DNA from: Octopus sinensis
Taxonomy: Eukaryota
NCBI RefSeq assembly: GCF_006345805.1
Contig: NC_043001.1
Location: 98,084,001 to 98,148,000 of the forward strand
Direction: 5' to 3'
DNA length: 64,000 bases
Positions 60,053 to 64,000 of this stretch are shown here, in pieces. Made by a program: the position numbers and the translations under genes. How positions within the stretch are numbered: position 1 is the stretch's first letter; every line of letters begins with the position of its first letter. Under the pieces are notes generated by a model. The model did not search any database and had not been told where the DNA came from. It saw nothing but the letters and a program-made list of their open reading frames with translations.

Positions 60053-62985
60053 CATAGAGTTCTTGGAAACTGAATACGGTGCACGTTTCGATTACTGGTC
60101 GGTAACTGTTTTCTAATCATCCTCTAATAGTAATTACCCAAATTTCTAGGCTCTTCTCACAGTTATCCTGCGTTCGGAAATTATACGTGTATTTTTAAAA
60201 ATTTCATTCAATAAATAATGTTTTTAGATTACGTATGCATTAATAGAATAACGTGTCGGTTTTCCAAATAGTGAATTAAAACTTAAAAGAGAAAGTGAGA
60301 GACCTTGAAAATGAAAATGGAATACTCCGCAGTGAATGCAATGAATATTTATATTTGTGAAGAATTGGATGCAGTGAATGCAATGAATAATTAAATTTGC
60401 GAGAAACTGGAGTTTAAAAATTGAATAAATATGAGAAATCGAAATTATAGGAAATTTCTTAGAACATGAATTTATAAAAATATTTCCAGACGGTCAATCC
60501 TTTAATAATAGCTTTCTTTTAGTACTTTTAGTAATTATGACATGCTTAATTAATAAGCAGCTTTCTCCATTATATACCACTTGCTATTAACCGATCCATC
60601 GCTCTGTTAATAACAAGAGGGGGTAAATATCTCTCAAATTCGTCCTATATACTGATAATGAATATCCACGTAAAAGATATTGTGATATGATGTATATATA
60701 AAGTGAGATAGATAAACAGAAAGATAGATAGATAGATGTATAGATTGATAGATAGATGTATAGATATATAGATAGATACATACATACATACATGCATACA
60801 TATATAGGCAGACAGACAGATAGATAGATAAATAGGTAGATAGGTAGGTAGGTAGGTAGGTAGGTAGGTAGGTATGTAGGTAAGTAGGTAGGTAGGTAGG
60901 TCGGTAGGTAGATAGGTAGACAGGTAGATAGATAGGTGGATAGATAGATATATGCATCTTCTCCACCCAGTATTCCTGGAAGGAATGTGGTATTAGAATC
61001 CTCGGGTGAGAATCTTTCTCAGAATCTCACTCATAGCAAACTATATCGGATCAGATAGTGCAAAGCATTTTATCCGATACTTTCACTGCCCTCCCTTTAT
61101 ATATATATCTGTGTGAGAATCGATGTATCTCTGTATCTCTGATTGTGATTGTGTGTGTGTGTGTGTGTGTGTGTACTGCTCTAATCAGATGTGATTCTTT
61201 TGAACCGACCTTACGTCATTCAGGAACGTATGCTTACAGTGCTACAATTCACACAGAGCCGTGATTGCGTGTCTACTCGGCTATAAATTCTTACAAAACC
61301 TTATGAACATGCAAAATACATATAAATAAAATGGAATAAATATCATAACGGGTAATAAATTTATGGAAATATTAATTGATTTAATAGATTGCTCTTTTAT
61401 GAATTTTAAGCGTGTATGGTTATGCTCAACTCCATACATTTTCTAAATGTATATTTCCATATCTTTACCTATGTGAATGTAATGAATTCATTAATTTAAT
61501 GTGCACATAAAAAAATGATATTGCTTCATTGCACAGCAAAACAAAATACTTGAGATACAGATAGTAATATACTGGAGTCTTCCTTACAAAATATTGTAGC
61601 ATTTTTGTTTTTGGAATTTACAACAGAAATATAGCTGATCATGAAGTTTGCTTCGAAAAGACTTACTAAACAATTGTGTTATTGCAAATAATAAATAATG
61701 ATACAATACACAAGAATATATGAAGATAAAAGATAAATATAAAAAGAAGTAAAACAATTAAAATCAAAAGAAAAAAAGAAACAAAATTCAAACCAAACAA
61801 GACATAGGAAAGAAAACTATTTATCTTCGGTCTATGAAACTAGTAAACGCTACATTAATCACATGTCTGTTGTTTGGTTAAAGTGGAAGTCTGTAGGAAG
61901 CGAAAGACAGCAAACTTATCGCTGTATGGTTATATTTGATTGCAAACAAAATTGTTGACCGGAATTTAAAACAGATGTCGATCATACCTATAAGATGAAG
62001 CACAGAAGAGTGTGCATCAGCGTGAAAATAAAAACCGATGCGTATGTACGCTACATGAGCCGTAACCCTTTCGTTAAACTCTAAACGGTATACTGGCTAC
62101 GCTCGTACTTGGTAAAATTATGTAGCTGTATGGTCCAGAATGCGTATATATGTATGTATATGTGTGTGTGTATATATATATATGTCTATATATATATATG
62201 CATATATATATACAACTATAAATATATATGCATACATATATACATCTATATATATACATATATATATATATATATACATTTATGTATATACATATATATA
62301 TAAATATATATAAATGTAATTATATATGTACATATGCATATATGTGTATATACATTTTTTTATATATATATGTATGTATATATTTATGTATACGTATATA
62401 TATATATATTTATGTATATGTATATATATATTTATATGTATATATATATATATGTATGTATATGTATGCATATGTATATATATTTATATATGGATATATA
62501 TTTATATATACACATACATATATATGTACTTATATGTATGTATATATCTATGTATCTACGTATGTATGCATGAGTGTGCGTATATATGTATGTATATTTC
62601 GTCGGCTTTTGGTCAGTGTTGCAAAATGTGGTTTTACATCAATGCAGCCCAATAACCTAAGAATATGACAAGATAGCAAAATGACATAGTAACAGAACGG
62701 AAAACATGATTTGAAGCCGTGTTGGTATTGGAAAGTTCCAATGCTTATGCGTATACAGCATATTAAAGACGTACAGACAGGCAGATAGACAGACAGTCAC
62801 ACACACACAAACACACATACACACACAGTCATTGCCTTACGTTTGTGTGTATGTGTATTTATGTGTATATATACAGATAGATAGATAGATAGATAGATAG
62901 ATAGTAGATAGATAGATAGATAGATAGATAAATAAATAGATATATAGATACATACATACATATATATATATGTATGTATGTATGT

Positions 62986-63078
<93 letters not shown>

Positions 63079-64000
63079 CTGATAGATGCATAGATACGCG
63101 GACAAAGAGATTGATAAGTATTCTCGGTTTCAATTTTTGACAAAAGGCTAACTAGTTCGGTGAGGGGGTGGGATAAGTAGATTACATCGACCCCAGTACT
63201 CAACTCTTCCTTATGTATGTATGTATGTATGTATATTTCGATTCATACTCACACACATATATAAACATACATATTCACACACACACATACACACACACAC
63301 AGAAGATCTTTTCTGTTTTGCTGCCACTTTTCATTTTAAAAATTTTGTTCCAATTGATTTTGTATTTGCTGTACTGATGTAGTTTTGCATGATAACTATT
63401 GACATGGAATCCATTTTCTCCATAAATGAAAACTAAAGAGTTAATAGGTTTTAAAGTTTGCAAATTTTAGGTAATTTTAGCCAATTGGAAGCCAGGCACA
63501 TATATTGCCTGTTTCCCGTAGTAACAAGCGAAGCTGTTACCAAGCTGCTTACCACGTGTTCCTTTTGTTGCTTATTTGATATTGAAATCACATGAGGTAT
63601 GAGGTGGTCGTGAGATTTGCTGAAAATAACAACTAAATAGGCCTTAAATCACGCTCCAAATTACTTTTTCTTTCTTTGGTTTTTTGCATAATAGTATCAA
63701 TTCCCGTGTGTAGAATAGAAATTTGTAAAGATTATCTGAAAATTCAAAAACATAATAATTACAAGGGGCTAATATGGCATGCATAAAGCAGAATTCCGCC
63801 AATATTTCATTTGTTTACAGTTTTATATTAAAATACCTGCTATCGTCACAATGCAGTCACGCACAAAATGACGGCTTCGAAATTTTGTTTTCTAACTGGG
63901 TAAAAATTATCAAACTGAGTGTGTGTTGCGGTGTGCGTGGAATACTTCCCCACGAGCTACTAGACGATAATCAAACAATAACAACCGTTATATACTGCCA

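Overview
AT-rich, microsatellite-saturated animal DNA with one 100-N scaffold gap. The SINE repertoire suggests an octopod cephalopod (inference from recalled octopus SINE motifs, not verified). I found no convincing host gene exon, rRNA, genuine tRNA gene or CRISPR array, and almost all ORF-track entries are translations of (TA)n, (CA)n or (TATC)n repeats. The window is a mosaic of at least four tRNA-derived SINE families (my labels A-D), Penelope-like remnants carrying minimal hammerhead ribozyme motifs, two mariner remnants, MITEs and fold-backs, R4/Dong-type LINE fragments and a solo LTR. The main discovery candidate is a 2.2-kb non-LTR element (22271-24464, minus strand) with a 15-bp TSD. 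It encodes only an ORF1/Gag-like protein (RRM-like regions plus a CCHC knuckle, no ORF2) and sits inside the tRNA head of a family-A SINE. A strongly diverged homolog (35707-36505, plus strand) sits at the identical SINE nucleotide in the same relative orientation. Both share a splice donor after nt 105 and an ATG at about nt 700. This suggests a SINE-targeting, ORF1-only retroelement lineage.
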